Of a stretch of DNA of 64,000 bases, positions 62,203 to 64,000 are shown in pieces. A program made the position numbers and the translations under genes. Below the pieces are notes generated by a model, which ran no database searches, was not told where the DNA came from, and saw nothing but the letters and a program-made list of their open reading frames with translations. Every line of letters starts with the position of its first letter. Positions within the stretch are counted from its first letter, which is position 1. The DNA comes from Bacteroidales bacterium. Lineage in GTDB: Bacteria; Bacteroidota; Bacteroidia; Bacteroidales; Muribaculaceae. Location: NCBI GenBank assembly GCA_014800385.1, contig JAAVGE010000011.1, forward strand, positions 11,963 to 75,962. Reading direction: 5' to 3'.

Positions 62203-62925
62203 CTAATCAGTGGTTTCATCATTCAGGGGAGGATTGTTGAGCAGGAACTCCTCGTAGAAGAGCAGGGCGGTTGACGGATTGTCGGTCAGTTCTTTCCTAT
62301 GGGCTTTGGCATCTTTCCCCTGGTGGTAATATTGGTCCCAGGCTTCGTGGAGTTCGGGGTAGTTCTTTTTGAGATAGTGACACAGATACCAGTCGTTGAA
62401 AAGTCCGTTGACACAGACGATGAATGCAGCAGGGGCACCCTTGAATCTTACGCCGATGGCGGGCACCAGGCGACTGACGCTGTTGCGACCGCCCGTGGTT
62501 TCCCACACATCCCACCGCAGTACTGTCCCGCTCTCCCTGCGGTTCAACTCCCATGCCAACCCCTTTACATATCTCAGAGGTTTGAACATGCCGGGTGAGT
62601 TCAGCATTTCCGATGCGCATACCGCACCCTCGGGATACCCCTCCGTGGGATTAAGAATACGGTATTCCTTCACCTCTTTCGCACTGTAGCGTTTCGTTTT
62701 TCCACCGTTGAGTTCATCTCCGATGTTTATATACTGACGTATTGATCCGGTTTTGGAAAACATATTCTTCAAACCGGTTTTCAGATCATTGTGGATGTAG
62801 CCGGTAATGGTGTCGCCGTTGGCAAGTATCACCTGCGCGTGATATTCATCCGGGTCCTTCGCCCCGAATGATGTCATACTGACGGCTAATGTAAGGATAA
62901 AAGCGAGAATGATTCGTAGAGTCAT
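62203..62925 (-). CDS. Secreted hypothetical protein, 240 aa
   Basis: ATG at 62925. Signal peptide MTLRIILAFILTLAVSMTSFGA. No recognisable catalytic motif. Confidence 0.6.
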   Translation of the reverse strand: MTLRIILAFILTLAVSMTSFGAKDPDEYHAQVILANGDTITGYIHNDLKTGLKNMFSKTGSIRQYINIGDELNGGKTKRYSAKEVKEYRILNPTEGYPEGAVCASEMLNSPGMFKPLRYVKGLAWELNRRESGTVLRWDVWETTGGRNSVSRLVPAIGVRFKGAPAAFIVCVNGLFNDWYLCHYLKKNYPELHEAWDQYYHQGKDAKAHRKELTDNPSTALLFYEEFLLNNPPLNDETTD

Positions 62926-62933
62926 GATTGGAT

Positions 62934-63545
62934 TTATTTAATGTGAGGAATAGCACGCAAAACCTTGTCGCACCGCCCGCGGGCTGAACGGATATACTCC
63001 TGCACGGCGGTATTGTCGCAGAACAGCACCTCCAGACGCCGGCGCATCTTCGCATCGACCCTTTTATCCGGCTTGCCAAAGCGATGGACAACGCCATCCT
63101 TGAGCAGGAGCATCTCCCCCTTACCGCGGTACCACAGTCCTCCGTTGCCTGAACAGTAGTAACCCTTCGAGCCGTAGCAAAGCACCGATGACTCGGGCCC
63201 TCGTTCCGCTAAATGACACCACCCTGTGTTGTTGATATAAACAAACGTGTGGCGACGACCGGGCGCCGTGCGGCTCCATACAATCAGAGAATCTATCGCA
63301 GACGGCTCCTGTTGTTGCAGAATTTTGTTTTCGGCAGAGTAGGGGTGCTCGATGATTTTCAGTTTCTCCTTCTTCTTGGGTATCACAACGTTAAGATCGC
63401 CGTCGGCAACAATGCTGTCGCCGGAACAGAGATAAACCATCCCGCAGTTGGAGTTATAAATCTTCATGGCGTGCAGCAGACCACCCGTTCCGGCGGCGAA
63501 CAGGAAAAGAAGCAGAAGCGATATGGTTCGGATGAATTTAGTCAT
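62934..63545 (-). CDS. Secreted or membrane-anchored hypothetical protein, 203 aa, Cys-rich
   Basis: Start trimmed to the ATG at 63545 (MTKFIRTISLLLLFLFAAGTGGLLHA). 8 nt upstream of the next gene. Confidence 0.6.
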   Translation of the reverse strand: MTKFIRTISLLLLFLFAAGTGGLLHAMKIYNSNCGMVYLCSGDSIVADGDLNVVIPKKKEKLKIIEHPYSAENKILQQQEPSAIDSLIVWSRTAPGRRHTFVYINNTGWCHLAERGPESSVLCYGSKGYYCSGNGGLWYRGKGEMLLLKDGVVHRFGKPDKRVDAKMRRRLEVLFCDNTAVQEYIRSARGRCDKVLRAIPHIK

Positions 63546-63612
63546 ATCATGCGTGATTTTCGGGGCAAAGATATGACAAAACCGTGGCACCGGATATGAC
63601 AAATGTCAGAAA

Positions 63613-64000
63613 TCAACCATTCAGCACAGCCTCACGGATGCGGTGTAACTGGCGGTAGGAGATGTTCAGATAAGACGCAATCTCGGCGAGCGTCACAAGT
63701 TGGGTTATTCGAGGATAACGTTCCACCAACTGCCGGTAACGCTCCGTGGGCGTATAGCGGTAGTCGTTGAGGATATGGACATAAGCCTGCTCAAACAGTG
63801 CCTGAGTAAACCTGATGTGCAGCGTGGGGTCAACCTGCAAACGGTCACGTATCAACTCGGCAGGAATAACCATCACCTCGGAATCTTCAAGAGCGATAAT
63901 GTCAGTAGGCATCTTACGCCCCAACATAGCACTCTGGTAATTAGCCAGAACAGAACCCTCAAACACGAATCCCACCGCCTTCAGGTTACCGGCATGGTCG
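63613..64000 (-). CDS. Crp/Fnr-family transcriptional regulator, C-terminal part (5' end outside the window)
   Basis: The frame stays open to position 64000. The track start at 63975 is an internal GTG. Shows the end of a cNMP-binding-like domain, then an HTH: TLAEIASYLNISYRQLHRIREAVLNG. Confidence 0.7.
   Translation of the reverse strand, partial: DHAGNLKAVGFVFEGSVLANYQSAMLGRKMPTDIIALEDSEVMVIPAELIRDRLQVDPTLHIRFTQALFEQAYVHILNDYRYTPTERYRQLVERYPRITQLVTLAEIASYLNISYRQLHRIREAVLNG

Overview
The window looks like Bacteroidales chromosome. Supporting signs are TAnnTTTG-type -7 boxes, a T9SS C-terminal sorting domain, an atpDC-BEFHAG gene order, an NDH-1 with fused nuoCD and no nuoEFG, and a serine-palmitoyltransferase-like gene. 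It is densely coding, mostly on the minus strand, and mostly housekeeping. Genes found: ansA, metG, alaS, a full gcvT-gcvH-gcvPA-gcvPB-lpdA operon, tRNA-Gly and tRNA-Leu, an spt-like gene, cysE, an ABC-F ATPase, a TPR histidine kinase, a 1100-aa T9SS cargo protein, a TonB-dependent receptor, an ECF sigma module and a 1854-aa thioester-less alpha-2-macroglobulin-like protein. I saw no integrase, transposase, phage gene, CRISPR array or rRNA.

Four observations stand out:
1. A complete F1Fo ATP synthase operon sits inside the NDH-1 (nuo) operon between nuoH and nuoI. This gives an 18-gene co-directional respiratory cluster at 33755-51060.
2. At the left edge there is an operon of a lipoprotein, a small membrane protein and a tubulin/FtsZ-like GTPase. 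The GTPase ORF is missing from the supplied ORF track because it runs off the window.
3. A roughly 190-bp MITE/REP-like palindromic repeat occurs three times, each time in a 3' intergenic region.
4. alaS is translationally coupled to a four-gene envelope-lipid-type cluster.

All functional calls come from motif recognition by eye. No database search, HMM, RNA folding or composition calculation was run. Several ORF-track starts are GTG/TTG or upstream extensions, and I trimmed them to in-frame ATGs that I checked in the sequence.
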